Below, one piece after another: positions 9,198 through 19,213 of a stretch of 62,224 bases of DNA. Numbering within the stretch: position 1 is the first letter of the stretch; every line of letters starts with the position of its first letter. This DNA is from Spirochaetales bacterium (GTDB taxonomy: Bacteria > Spirochaetota > Spirochaetia > Treponematales > UBA12059). The stretch is from assembly GCA_016928955.1 (NCBI GenBank), contig JAFGJV010000016.1:1-62224 (forward strand), given 5' to 3'. The translations under genes were made by a program, and so were the position numbers. Below the pieces are notes generated by a model that did no database searches, was not told the DNA's origin, and saw only the letters and a list, made by a program, of their open reading frames with translations.

Positions 9198-9736
9198 GGG
9201 CGCCCCTGCTTGTCGCCGTGATCCTGGCCACAGCGGCCAGGCTGTCAGCCCAGGCCCAGCTCCAGGCTCCGCAGAACCTCGGAGCGGCCAAGCCCGAGCC
9301 GGGCAGTCTTGCGGCCATACCGCAGGCGTTGCTGGCGGAAGCGCTCGAGCTGTCCGTCCTGGCCAGTATCCCCAGGCCCGCGGGCGAGCCTGCCTGGTCG
9401 GCCACAGACATCAAGTACACCCTGCCGGGCACTCCGGTCACGGTCAAGATGGTGGGCAGCGACGTGGCCGTGCTGGTCACCCTGACGCCCTACGCGGCCC
9501 AGGGCGGCGGCCTCATGCTGGTCATCCAGGGCCAGGTGTGGTACAAGGACGGCGACTCGGGCTTCCACACCCGCACCACGCTGGAAACCGTGCCCGTGGC
9601 TTTCGGAGAGAAAATCCTGTTCTATCCTTTGGGCGCGGGAGAGGGCGGCGTGGCCCCCCTGGTCGTCCAGATATCGCTGGTCCGCTACGATCCTGCCAAG
9701 TCCAGCCCGGCCCCAGCCGCCCAAGACAAGCCGTGA
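9194..9736 (+). CDS. Exported hypothetical protein
   Basis: GTGA coupling to neighbours, signal peptide, host-like codon usage. Confidence 0.7.
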   Translation: MRAPLLVAVILATAARLSAQAQLQAPQNLGAAKPEPGSLAAIPQALLAEALELSVLASIPRPAGEPAWSATDIKYTLPGTPVTVKMVGSDVAVLVTLTPYAAQGGGLMLVIQGQVWYKDGDSGFHTRTTLETVPVAFGEKILFYPLGAGEGGVAPLVVQISLVRYDPAKSSPAPAAQDKP

Positions 9737-11400
9737 CGTCCAGACCCAGGCGGCTGTGGCCCGTCGTCGCCGCGGGCGCCCTGGTGGCGCTCGCGGCTTT
9801 GTTTGTAGCCGTGCCGTTGGCCAAACGGGCTGCTACCAGGCCCGAACTGCTTGGCCTGGACCCCGCCATAGGCCAACCGGGTTCGACCATCCGCGTGTTC
9901 GGTCGCAATTTTGGCCAGGACCGCGACGACGGCAGGGTGGAATTCGACGGCGAGCCCCTGACGGCGTCCAGTTACCTCTCATGGAAGGACGATGTCATAG
10001 AGGTCCGGGTTCCACTGTACGCCCAGAACTGCACGGTCCACGTGGTCACCGAGGCAGGCAGGTCAAACCCGCGCATGTTCCTCAGCCGTGACCGCCTGCC
10101 GGTAAGCGCCGCCGGGGACGGAGCGTCGTCGGTGGGGCCGCGCGTAGACTCCCTGTCCGTGGAACGCGGCGCCATAGGCTCGGTCCTGACCATACGGGGC
10201 CTCAACTTCGGGCTGAACCGCGACACGTCAAGCGTACAGTTCGGCTGGGAATCGGCCGCGTCCGTGTTCTCCGGCGGCCCCGACCAGGACACGCGCGGAA
10301 ACGTCACGCCCCTGGACGAGGACGGCGAGTACCTGTCCTGGTCGGACAAGGAAATCCGCGTGGTCGTGCCTGACGGGGCGGTGTCCGGCTCCCTGTCCGT
10401 CAGAACCGACCGCGGGTCCAGCTCGGGCCGCTACTTCGAGATCGTCGACATGCCGGGCACCAAGACCTATTCCGACCGGCGCACCTACGCGCTTCGCTCC
10501 TTTGTGTCCATATCCAGGGTGCAGGCCACCCCGGGCAACACCCTCCATCTCTGGCTGCCCTTCCCGGCCTCATCCGCGTGGCAGAAGGGCGTAAAGGTCC
10601 TGTCGCGTTCGCACGAACCCCTGGTGCCCGAATACCGGGGCCTGTCCGTGTACCGCCTTGGCGACCTGGCAAAGGACAAGCTCCTGACCGTGAGCCAGGA
10701 CTTCCTGGTGCAGGTCCACGCCGTGAGCACGGACATAAAGCCCGAGCGGGTCAAGGCGCCTCCGAGCTCGGCACCGCCCGTGTACCAGCTGTATACTTCG
10801 GATGACGGGCTGGCGCCGTCTACCGACGCCGACGTCAAGGCCTTTGCGGCCAAGGCCGCGGGGCGGGAACGCAACCCGTACCGCGTAGCCAAGCTGCTGT
10901 GGGACGCCCTGTTGGGCGCCGTGGAGTACGACCCGGCCGCCCGTTCGTCCAAGCCGGCGGCCGCGCTCAAAGGCGGCAAGGCGGACGCCTGGGACCTGTC
11001 CCTGCTCTATGTGGCCATGCTCAGGGCATCAGGCATTCCCGCCCGCCCCGTGGCCGGCATCCTGGTTGACGAGGATGTGCGGGCCTGGTCCCACGCGTGG
11101 GCCGAGTTCTACCTGTACGGCTTTGGCTGGGTGCCCGCGGATCCGGCCCTGGGCACGGGCGCCGCTCCCGGCGGAACGACCCCGGCCTTTGAGGACCCCA
11201 AGCGGTATTTCGGGAACCTGGACGCCCGGCACGTGGCCTATTCACGGGGCCTTACCCGGGTGTCGCCCATGACGCCCGACAGCCGGCCGGTCGGCGCCGA
11301 CCGCCGCTACTCCATGCAGACGATATACGAGGAAGGTCAGGGAAACCTGACTTCGTATACGTCGTTCTGGAGCGACGTGGAAGTGACCGGGGTATACTAG
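9733..11400 (+). CDS. IPT/TIG-domain transglutaminase-like protein
   Basis: N-terminal TM, two IPT/TIG repeats (GxNFG, SWxDxxIxVxVP), LRASGIPAR...HAWAEFY...GWVPADP. Confidence 0.85.
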   Translation: MTSRPRRLWPVVAAGALVALAALFVAVPLAKRAATRPELLGLDPAIGQPGSTIRVFGRNFGQDRDDGRVEFDGEPLTASSYLSWKDDVIEVRVPLYAQNCTVHVVTEAGRSNPRMFLSRDRLPVSAAGDGASSVGPRVDSLSVERGAIGSVLTIRGLNFGLNRDTSSVQFGWESAASVFSGGPDQDTRGNVTPLDEDGEYLSWSDKEIRVVVPDGAVSGSLSVRTDRGSSSGRYFEIVDMPGTKTYSDRRTYALRSFVSISRVQATPGNTLHLWLPFPASSAWQKGVKVLSRSHEPLVPEYRGLSVYRLGDLAKDKLLTVSQDFLVQVHAVSTDIKPERVKAPPSSAPPVYQLYTSDDGLAPSTDADVKAFAAKAAGRERNPYRVAKLLWDALLGAVEYDPAARSSKPAAALKGGKADAWDLSLLYVAMLRASGIPARPVAGILVDEDVRAWSHAWAEFYLYGFGWVPADPALGTGAAPGGTTPAFEDPKRYFGNLDARHVAYSRGLTRVSPMTPDSRPVGADRRYSMQTIYEEGQGNLTSYTSFWSDVEVTGVY

Positions 11401-11402
11401 AA

Positions 11403-11478
11403 GGAAGCATCTAAAAACATTAATTTTGGGGAGTTGCCTTAGAACCTCGAGCGTTTTCGGCCAAAAACGCGGGGCACC
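11403..11478. repeat. Degenerate family-1 MITE/REP remnants
   Basis: GGAAGCATCTAAAAAC arm plus GCGTTTTCGGCCAAAAACGC hairpin matching 53184-53203 and the 62.1 kb copy. Confidence 0.6.
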
Positions 11479-11583
11479 GCTCAGAAGCCACATGCCTTCC
11501 TCCGCGGCGCCCGTCTGTGGTACACTCGGGGAGCGACCCGGCCGGCGTCGTTCGTCCGGGTTGCCGTTAACAAGGAGGAAGAC

Positions 11584-12876
11584 GTGTCGTATATCCAGAA
11601 GCAGGATCCCGAACTGTGGGACGCCATCAGCCTCGAAACCGATAGGCAGAGGAACAATCTCGAGCTCATAGCCAGCGAGAACTACACATCGCGCGCGGTC
11701 ATGGAGGCCGTGGGCTCCGTGCTTACCAACAAGTACGCAGAGGGCTACCCCGGCCGGCGCTACTACGGCGGCTGCGAGTTTGTGGACCGCTCAGAGGAGC
11801 TGGCCCGCGAGCGGGCCAAGGCCCTGTTCGGCTGCGACTACGCCAACGTCCAGCCCCATTCCGGCTCCCAGGCCAACATGGGCGTGTACTTTGCCTGCCT
11901 GTCCCCCGGCGACACCATCATGGGCATGAACCTGTCCCACGGCGGCCACCTCACGCACGGCAGCCCCGTGTCCTTCTCAGGCAAGATGTACAAGGTGGTC
12001 AGCTACGGCGTGAGCCGCGACACCGAGACCATAGACTACGACGAGCTGCGCAAGCTGGCGCTGGAGCACAAGCCCAAGATGATCGTGGCCGGCGCCAGCG
12101 CCTATCCCCGCGTCATAGACTTCCAGAAATTCCGCGCAGTGGCCGACGAGGTGGGAGCCCTCTTGACCGTTGACATGGCCCACATAGCCGGCCTTGTGGC
12201 GGCAGGCGTGCATCCCAGTCCCATCAAGCTGGCCCATTTCACCACCACCACCACGCACAAGACCCTGCGCGGCCCGCGCGGCGGCGCCATCTTTGTGGGC
12301 ACGGATGGCGAGAACACTTTGGGCATCATGACGCCCAAGGGCGACCGGCCCAGGCTGTGGTCCGAGCTCATAGACGCCACCGTGTTCCCCGGCATCCAGG
12401 GCGGCCCGCTCTGCCACGTGGTGGCCGGCAAGGCCGTGGCCTTCAAGGAGGCCATGGGCGACCAGTACAAGGACTACATGCGCCAGACCGTGGCCAACGC
12501 CCGCGTCCTGGCCTCCGCCCTGGCCGCCGGCGGCGCCCGCATCGTGTCCGGCGGCACCGACAACCACCTCATGCTGGTTGACGTGTCGCCCCTGGGCATC
12601 ACGGGCAAGGAGTCGGAGAAGTGGCTGGACGAGGCGTCCATCACGGTCAACAAGAACGGCATACCTTTTGACCAGAAGAGTCCCTTCATCACGTCCGGCA
12701 TACGCGTGGGCACGCCCGCCGTCACCACGCGCGGCATGAAGGAACCCGAGATGGAGAAGATCGGTTCGTTCATCATGGACGTCCTCAAGTCCAAGGGCGA
12801 CGCGCAGGCCATAGCCAAGGTCAAGGCCGAGGTCCGGGCCCTGACGTCGCGCTTCAGCCTGCCGGCGGACGCTTAA
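11584..12876 (+). CDS. glyA: Serine hydroxymethyltransferase
   Basis: [46 protein letters not shown]. Confidence 0.98.
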   Translation: MSYIQKQDPELWDAISLETDRQRNNLELIASENYTSRAVMEAVGSVLTNKYAEGYPGRRYYGGCEFVDRSEELARERAKALFGCDYANVQPHSGSQANMGVYFACLSPGDTIMGMNLSHGGHLTHGSPVSFSGKMYKVVSYGVSRDTETIDYDELRKLALEHKPKMIVAGASAYPRVIDFQKFRAVADEVGALLTVDMAHIAGLVAAGVHPSPIKLAHFTTTTTHKTLRGPRGGAIFVGTDGENTLGIMTPKGDRPRLWSELIDATVFPGIQGGPLCHVVAGKAVAFKEAMGDQYKDYMRQTVANARVLASALAAGGARIVSGGTDNHLMLVDVSPLGITGKESEKWLDEASITVNKNGIPFDQKSPFITSGIRVGTPAVTTRGMKEPEMEKIGSFIMDVLKSKGDAQAIAKVKAEVRALTSRFSLPADA

Positions 12877-12915
12877 CGGACGCGGTATGGACCTCGGTGG
12901 CCGCCGAGGGCTCAA

Positions 12916-12944
12916 TTGACAACCCTCGGCGGCCCCCCTATACT
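12916..12944 (+). promoter_or_regulatory. sigma70 promoter
   Basis: TTGACA-17 bp-TATACT. Confidence 0.75.
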
Positions 12945-12977
12945 TTGAGCCACCAACATCGGGAGAACGGTAACGGC

Positions 12978-14210
12978 ATGGACAATCCTCTCCAGCTGGC
13001 CTTCGTCAATTTCAAGAAAGACTCGTACATAATCGTCGAGGGCAAACAGAACGCCGACCGCTTCTACATCATCAAGGCGGGCAAGGTCCGCATATCCAAG
13101 GAAGTGGAAGTGGTGGAGGAAGAGGGCGGGAACGTATACGGTCCCGGCGACTTCTTCGGCGTGGTGTCCACCATGTCCAGCCACAGCCATATCGAGACAG
13201 CCCAGGCCATCACGGACGTTACCCTCATCAGCGTGCGCAAGGACCAGTACGGGTACCTGATAGAGCGCAACACCCCGGTGGCCATGAAGATCATCCAGGG
13301 CTTTTCCAAGCGCATGCGCTTTCTGGACGAGGCCCTGACCCGGCTGACGCTCAAGAACACGGCCGAGGCCGACCCCGCGCACCTGTTCCGCGTGGCCGAG
13401 TATTACGCAAGGCAGAGCCAGTACAACCAGGCCCATTACGCATACCACCAGTACCTGACCTTCTGCCCAAACGGCCAGCACGCGGGCCTTGCCAAGGAGC
13501 GCCTGGCCAAGATCAAGCAGTTCTCCAAGGCCGTGTACCTAGACGGGCCCGCGGAGGAGTTCAACCGCTTCTACCCCAAGGACACCATGATCTTCAGCGA
13601 GGGCATGCCAGGCTCCGAGCTGTACATCATCCAGAAGGGCTCGGTAAAGATCACCAAGATCGTGGACAACACCGAGGTGCTCCTGGCCGTGCTCAAGTCC
13701 AGCGACATCTTTGGCGAGATGGCTTTGCTTGAGAACAAGCCGCGCTCGGCCAGCGCCATCGCCTACGAGGATTCCTATCTCCTGGCCGTCAACAAGGCCA
13801 ACTTCGAGCGCATGGTCCAGGCCCAGCCGCAGATCGTCACCCGGCTGACCCAGCTCTTGGCCGAGCGCATATGGTTCATATACAAGCAGCTGGCCAACAC
13901 CCTGATATCGGACCCCATGGGCCGCATGTATGACGCCCTCCACATCCAGCTGGAGAAGAACCGCGTGCCCATACGCTCGGGCGCGTCCTACGCCTTTGAC
14001 TTTGGGCCCAAGGAACTGGTCAACATGGTCGGTCTTCCCATCGGGGAGGGCAACATGGTCGTACAGCAGCTCCTGTCCAACAAGCTGTTCCGCATCGTGG
14101 ACAACAAGATCACCGTCCTGGACATGAGCGAGGTCGTCAAGCAGGCCGAGTACTACCGCAAGATGCAGAAGATAGAAAGCGCCCGCCGGGAGACCCAGGC
14201 CATCCGCTAG
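12978..14210 (+). CDS. Protein with two cyclic-nucleotide-binding domains and a central TPR-like segment (Crp/Fnr-like)
   Basis: GDFFGV and DIFGEMALLENKPRSASA cNMP motifs separated by a helical repeat. Confidence 0.88.
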   Translation: MDNPLQLAFVNFKKDSYIIVEGKQNADRFYIIKAGKVRISKEVEVVEEEGGNVYGPGDFFGVVSTMSSHSHIETAQAITDVTLISVRKDQYGYLIERNTPVAMKIIQGFSKRMRFLDEALTRLTLKNTAEADPAHLFRVAEYYARQSQYNQAHYAYHQYLTFCPNGQHAGLAKERLAKIKQFSKAVYLDGPAEEFNRFYPKDTMIFSEGMPGSELYIIQKGSVKITKIVDNTEVLLAVLKSSDIFGEMALLENKPRSASAIAYEDSYLLAVNKANFERMVQAQPQIVTRLTQLLAERIWFIYKQLANTLISDPMGRMYDALHIQLEKNRVPIRSGASYAFDFGPKELVNMVGLPIGEGNMVVQQLLSNKLFRIVDNKITVLDMSEVVKQAEYYRKMQKIESARRETQAIR

Positions 14211-14219
14211 GCCGCTGCC

Positions 14220-15230
14220 GTGGCCACATCAAAGCTTCGACACACAGTATCGCTCCGCGACGCTCTCGGCTCGGTCGGCATCGAGTCGTGGGCCCCTGTC
14301 CGTGGCCAGCCTCTGGACGCCTGGCTGGACGGCGCCCGGGCCGCCGTGGGCGCTGAGGCGGGGGCCTGGGGCCTGGACTCGGTTGAATGCGCCGTGGCCG
14401 TTGCCCTGCCGTACGATCCGCGCCCCCTCTCGCCGCCCGCTGAACCGGGGCGCTTCGGCTCGGTGGCCGCCTTTGCCAGCGAGCACCGCTACGCCACCCT
14501 GTCGCGCGTCCTCAGGGCCGCTGCCGCCCGACTGGCCGCTGACCGGGGCCTGCCCCGCTCGGCTACCCGTGTGGCGGTCAATTCCCGCCTTCCGGAGAAA
14601 CCTCTGGCCGTGGCCGCGGGCCTTGGCTTTGCAGGACGCTCCAGCCTGGTGGTCACCCGAGACTACGGCCCGGCTTGCGTGCTGGGCGCCCTGCTCTTGT
14701 CCTTTGACCCCGGAGACGACCAGGAACGCGGCGCGCTTATTCCGGAAGCCTTCACGCCCGGCGCCCTGTGCGGGGACTGCCGCGCCTGCGTGGACGCCTG
14801 CCCGACCGGCGCCATAGCCGTTCCCGGTGCAGGGCGTCCGGGCCTAGACCTCCAGCTATGCATACAGTACTGGGCGGGCGGCCAGGGCGTTGATCCGGAG
14901 GGGGCTCCGGATACCGTGCGGAACGCATGGGGTTCCCGCGTGTACGGTTGCGATATCTGCGTGCGCGCCTGCCCCCTGTCCGCCGGGGCCACGCTTCCTG
15001 GCGCGGACGGCCTGAGTCCCGCCGACCGGGCGCGCGCCCTGTCCGCGGTGGACGAGCGTCGCCCCGGAGCCTGGCTTGACCTTGGCCACCTTGAGCGCCT
15101 GGACGACCCCGGCATACGCTTTTTTTTCCGGGGAACGGCCCTGGGCTTTTCCTGGCTCGGCCCTGGCCATATCAGGGCAAATATCGGGCTGGCTGCCCGG
15201 ATGTTTGACTCCGGCCGGCGCCGGTACTAG
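14220..15230 (+). CDS. queG: Epoxyqueuosine reductase-like Fe-S protein
   Basis: LPEKPLAVAAGLGFAGR, CGDCRACVDACP, VYGCDICVRACP. Confidence 0.8.
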   Translation: MATSKLRHTVSLRDALGSVGIESWAPVRGQPLDAWLDGARAAVGAEAGAWGLDSVECAVAVALPYDPRPLSPPAEPGRFGSVAAFASEHRYATLSRVLRAAAARLAADRGLPRSATRVAVNSRLPEKPLAVAAGLGFAGRSSLVVTRDYGPACVLGALLLSFDPGDDQERGALIPEAFTPGALCGDCRACVDACPTGAIAVPGAGRPGLDLQLCIQYWAGGQGVDPEGAPDTVRNAWGSRVYGCDICVRACPLSAGATLPGADGLSPADRARALSAVDERRPGAWLDLGHLERLDDPGIRFFFRGTALGFSWLGPGHIRANIGLAARMFDSGRRRY

Positions 15231-15263
15231 ACTTTTCCGTACCTTGTAAAGAGAGGCAACGCC

Positions 15264-15755
15264 ATGCAGACCAGCGTTTCAGCCCAATACCTGACCTTTA
15301 CCCTGGACGACGAGCAGTACGCGGTGCCCGTGTCAAAGGTGCGGGAGGTGCTTGAATACACGCGCATAACCAAGTTGCCGCGCACCGCCGAATACATGAA
15401 GGGCCTCATCAACCTGCGCGGCGCGGGCGTGGCGGTCATAGACCTCAGGCTCAAGTTCGGCATGCCCGAGACGCCGGTGGACAAGGACACGGCCATTATC
15501 GTGCTGGACGTGGACAGCGACGACGGCTCCGTGGTGGTCGGCGCCCTGGCCGACGCCGTGCACGAGGTGCTTGAGCTTGGCGCCGAGCAGGTGGAAAAAG
15601 CGCCGCGTTTCGGGTCCAAGCTGGCGGCCGAATTCATCCAGGGCGTGGGCAAGCGCGACGACCGCTTCATCATAATCCTGGACATCGACCACATATTCAA
15701 CAGCGAGGACGTTGCCCAGATACGGGCGCAGGAAGCGGCCCCGGCAATCGGCTGA
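15264..15755 (+). CDS. cheW: Chemotaxis adaptor CheW
   Basis: QYLTFTL, KVREVLEY, GLINLRG, VIDLRLKFG. Confidence 0.93.
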   Translation: MQTSVSAQYLTFTLDDEQYAVPVSKVREVLEYTRITKLPRTAEYMKGLINLRGAGVAVIDLRLKFGMPETPVDKDTAIIVLDVDSDDGSVVVGALADAVHEVLELGAEQVEKAPRFGSKLAAEFIQGVGKRDDRFIIILDIDHIFNSEDVAQIRAQEAAPAIG

Positions 15756-15796
15756 CCTTCCTTGCCTGCCCGGCCTGGTCGTTGTATGCTCGCGGC

Positions 15797-17005
15797 ATGA
15801 TAGACAGCGCCCCGTATGTTCTCAAAACCGTGGATTTCCGTTTCCGCGGCGCGGATCTCAGGCTGGATCTCTCCCACGCCCTGTTCAGCTCCAATGACGT
15901 TGACTCAGGCTCCCGCCTCCTGCTCAAGGCCGTGTCCAAGGCGGCAGATCCATCTGCCGTGGCCAGCGCCATCGATATAGGCTCGGGCACCGGCGTGCTG
16001 GGTCTGGCCCTTGCAGCCGGCTACCCCGGCTGTTCGGTCAGTTTCCGCGACCGTGACGCCCTTGCCTGCGCCTTTACCGAGCGCAACGCCAGGCGTAACC
16101 GGGTCAAACCGGCCGCCGTGGAGCACGCCCTGTTCCTGGACGGCCTTGCGGGGCGGGAATTCGACCTGGTGCTGTCCAACGTGCCGGCCAAGGCCGGGCC
16201 CCCGGTCCTGGACGCGTTCCTGCGTCGCCTTCCGCGTCTGGTATCGGGCCGTGGCCTGGGAGCCGTCGTGGTGGTAAACACCATAGCTGCAGAGGCGCGC
16301 ATGTCGCTGGAAGCCGGCCTGGCTCCCGCCGGAGCCCGCCCGGAATTGGCGGAGCGCGGCGCGGGCCATTCGGTCTTTCTCTTCAGGCGGGCGGGGCTGC
16401 CTGCCCTGGACGCGGAGGCGGACAGCCTGGCCGTGTACCGACGCGGTGCCCCTGATGGCCGGACCGGGTACCGGCATGCAGGCTATTGGGGCCTGCCCGA
16501 GTTCGATACGCCGTCCTATGCCACGGAGCTGGCCATGGAACTGTGCGAGTCGGGGATGGCGGGCATCAACCTCAGGAAGGCCCTGGTCGCCAACCCGGGT
16601 TCCGGGCGCCTGCCTGCCTACCTTCGCGCCCGATCGGGCACCGTTGTCGACCTCCGCGGCCGCGACGCCCTGGCCCTGGCCGCCAGCGCCGCCAATCTGG
16701 CGCTGAACGGAGGCCGGAACGCCTGCCAGCCGCCCTGTTCGCTCAGCGCCGCCTGGCCCGGAGACAGCCCGGCGTCCGCCTACGACCTGGTCGCCGAATT
16801 CGCGGACATTACCCCGCGCGTGGACACCACTGACGATACCTGGGCGGAGGCTGCCCGCACGCTCAAGGCGGGTGGCTCCTACGTGGCCGTGATGACCAGC
16901 ACGGATTTTGACCGCTTTGCCAGGCGCAAGCCGGCAGGGTTCACCCGGCTCCGGGACAAGAAAAAAAAGGGCTGGACTGCCGGCTTGTGGCGCAGGGATG
17001 CGTAA
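15797..17005 (+). CDS. Class I SAM-dependent methyltransferase (RsmC/MTS-like, two-domain)
   Basis: LFSSNDVDSGSRLLL, DIGSGTG, DLVLSNVP. Confidence 0.8.
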   Translation: MIDSAPYVLKTVDFRFRGADLRLDLSHALFSSNDVDSGSRLLLKAVSKAADPSAVASAIDIGSGTGVLGLALAAGYPGCSVSFRDRDALACAFTERNARRNRVKPAAVEHALFLDGLAGREFDLVLSNVPAKAGPPVLDAFLRRLPRLVSGRGLGAVVVVNTIAAEARMSLEAGLAPAGARPELAERGAGHSVFLFRRAGLPALDAEADSLAVYRRGAPDGRTGYRHAGYWGLPEFDTPSYATELAMELCESGMAGINLRKALVANPGSGRLPAYLRARSGTVVDLRGRDALALAASAANLALNGGRNACQPPCSLSAAWPGDSPASAYDLVAEFADITPRVDTTDDTWAEAARTLKAGGSYVAVMTSTDFDRFARRKPAGFTRLRDKKKKGWTAGLWRRDA

Positions 17006-17203
17006 GGGTACGGGTAGGGTAGCGAATTCTGACAGCGTCGCCTTAAATGTCAATAAATGAAACGAGATTTTGCATGGTAAAACAAAAAGCGCCCACAGCC
17101 CCTTGCGGATACGGCAAAATGGGTATACAACCTCTATATCACAGCGCTTGACGGGAGCCTGGACCGCACCCAGACTCCTGTCGCCCGTCAAGGAGAGCTC
17201 CCC

Positions 17204-19027
17204 GTGAACCTCGACAGCATCAAGCATCCCAAACTCCGGGCCTGGATCGACGAAAATATCGACATGTGCATGCCCGACGATGTATGCGTACTGGACGGCA
17301 GCCAGGAGGAGGCTGACCGACTTGCCGAGCGCATGCTCAGGTCGGGCACCTTCAAGCGCCTGGAAAAACGTCCGGGTTCCTACTATGTGGTGAGCGAGCC
17401 CAGCGACGTGGCCCGCGTGGAGAACAACACCTACATATGCTCGCGCTTCCGCGAGGAGGCCGGTCCTACCAACAACTGGTCCGACCCGCAGGAGATGAAG
17501 GGCGAGCTCCGCCAGCGCTTCTTCGGCTGCATGCGCGGGCGTACCATGTACGTGATACCCTACAGCATGGGCCCCGTGGGCGGTCCCTTGTCCCACATAG
17601 GCATAGAGCTGACCGACAGCGTGTACGTGGTGCTCAACATGCGCATCATGACCCGCATGGGCCAGGCCGTGCTTGACGCCCTGGGCCGTGACGGCGAGTT
17701 TGTCCGCTGCCTGCACTCCGTGGGCTATCCCCTGACCCCGGGGCGCCGCGAGCGGCTCTGGCCCTGCGATCCCAACAACAAGTACATTGTGCACTTTCCC
17801 GAGGAACGCTCTATCTGGTCCTACGGCTCGGGCTACGGAGGCAACGCCCTCTTGGGCAAAAAGTGCTTTGCCCTGCGCATAGCAAGCGTCATGGCGCGCG
17901 ACCAGGGCTGGCTGGCCGAGCACATGCTTATCCTAGGGATCACCAATCCCGAGGGCAAGAAAAAATACATAGCAGCCGCCTTCCCGTCAGCCTGCGGCAA
18001 GACCAACCTGGCCATGCTGGTACCCACCCTTCCGGGCTGGAAGGTGGAGACGGTGGGCGACGACATAGCCTGGATGCGCTGGGGCGACGACGGCCAGCTT
18101 TACGCCATCAACCCCGAGTACGGTTTCTTCGGCGTGGCTCCGGGCACCAGCTGGAAGAGCAACCCCAACGCCATGAAGTCCATCGAGCGCAACACCATAT
18201 TCACCAACGTGGCGCGCACTCCGGACGGCGACGTCTGGTGGGAGGGCATTGGCACCGAGCCGCCCGAAGGGCTCATAGACTGGCACGGCGAACCGTTCAA
18301 TCCCAAGAACGACAAGCCCGCGGCCAATCCCAACGGCCGCTTTACCGCGCCCGCATCCCAGTGCCCGGTCATAGACCCGGCCTGGGAGGATCCCCGGGGC
18401 GTGCCCATCAGCGCCATCCTGTTCGGCGGCCGGCGCGCCGGCACCGTGCCCCTGATACACGAGGCTTTTGACTGGGAGCACGGCGTGTTCATGGGCTCCA
18501 TCGTGTCCAGCGAGACCACCGCGGCCGCCGCAGGCGCCGTGGGCCAGCTCAGGCGCGATCCTTTTGCCATGCTGCCCTTCTGCGGCTACAACATGGGCGA
18601 CTATTTCCACCACTGGCTGCGCATGGGCGAGCGCACCGGCGTCAAGCATCCCAAGTTCTATTACGTGAACTGGTTCCGCAAAGGTCCGGACGGCAAATTC
18701 CTGTGGCCTGGCTTTGGCGAGAACTCGCGCGTGCTCAAGTGGGTATTCCAGCGTTGCGACGGCGAGGCGGAGGCCACGGAAACCCCCATTGGTTTTGTGC
18801 CCGCCCCGGGCGCCCTGGATACCGACGGCCTGAGCCTGTCCAAGGCGGCCGTGGACGAACTTCTGCGCGTCAATGCCGACGAGTGGCTGGCAGACGTGCC
18901 GGGCATCCGCATTTTCTACGGCAGTTTCCATGACGGCTTCCCGGACCAGCTGATGTCCAGGCTGGATTGGATAGAGCGACGCCTGCGCACGGGCTTCTCC
19001 GCGGCCACGAACACGCGCATAGCCTGA
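17204..19027 (+). CDS. pckG: Phosphoenolpyruvate carboxykinase (GTP)
   Basis: [49 protein letters not shown]. Confidence 0.97.
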   Translation: MNLDSIKHPKLRAWIDENIDMCMPDDVCVLDGSQEEADRLAERMLRSGTFKRLEKRPGSYYVVSEPSDVARVENNTYICSRFREEAGPTNNWSDPQEMKGELRQRFFGCMRGRTMYVIPYSMGPVGGPLSHIGIELTDSVYVVLNMRIMTRMGQAVLDALGRDGEFVRCLHSVGYPLTPGRRERLWPCDPNNKYIVHFPEERSIWSYGSGYGGNALLGKKCFALRIASVMARDQGWLAEHMLILGITNPEGKKKYIAAAFPSACGKTNLAMLVPTLPGWKVETVGDDIAWMRWGDDGQLYAINPEYGFFGVAPGTSWKSNPNAMKSIERNTIFTNVARTPDGDVWWEGIGTEPPEGLIDWHGEPFNPKNDKPAANPNGRFTAPASQCPVIDPAWEDPRGVPISAILFGGRRAGTVPLIHEAFDWEHGVFMGSIVSSETTAAAAGAVGQLRRDPFAMLPFCGYNMGDYFHHWLRMGERTGVKHPKFYYVNWFRKGPDGKFLWPGFGENSRVLKWVFQRCDGEAEATETPIGFVPAPGALDTDGLSLSKAAVDELLRVNADEWLADVPGIRIFYGSFHDGFPDQLMSRLDWIERRLRTGFSAATNTRIA

Positions 19028-19050
19028 TACCGCTCGATGGATACGCACGG

Positions 19051-19080
19051 GGCCGGAGGCGCATGCTTCCGGCCTTTTTT
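19051..19080 (+). terminator. Intrinsic terminator
   Basis: GGCCGGAG...TTCCGGCC followed by T6. Confidence 0.75.
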
Positions 19081-19213
19081 GTCGAAATCCCCAATAATCG
19101 ACAATATGAACCGACAAAAACGTTGAAATAATATAATACACCTCTAAATTTCTTGAATTTGCATCTTCGAGACGATACATTTACACTTGACAAAGAGCCC
19201 CAAGGAGGACCCT

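Noticed and set aside
11520..11583. ZTP or glycine riboswitch upstream of glyA
   Set aside because: Short leader with a single hairpin and no consensus motifs
19080..19086. Spo0A box TGTCGAA
   Set aside because: A short match expected by chance; gene content does not indicate a spore-former
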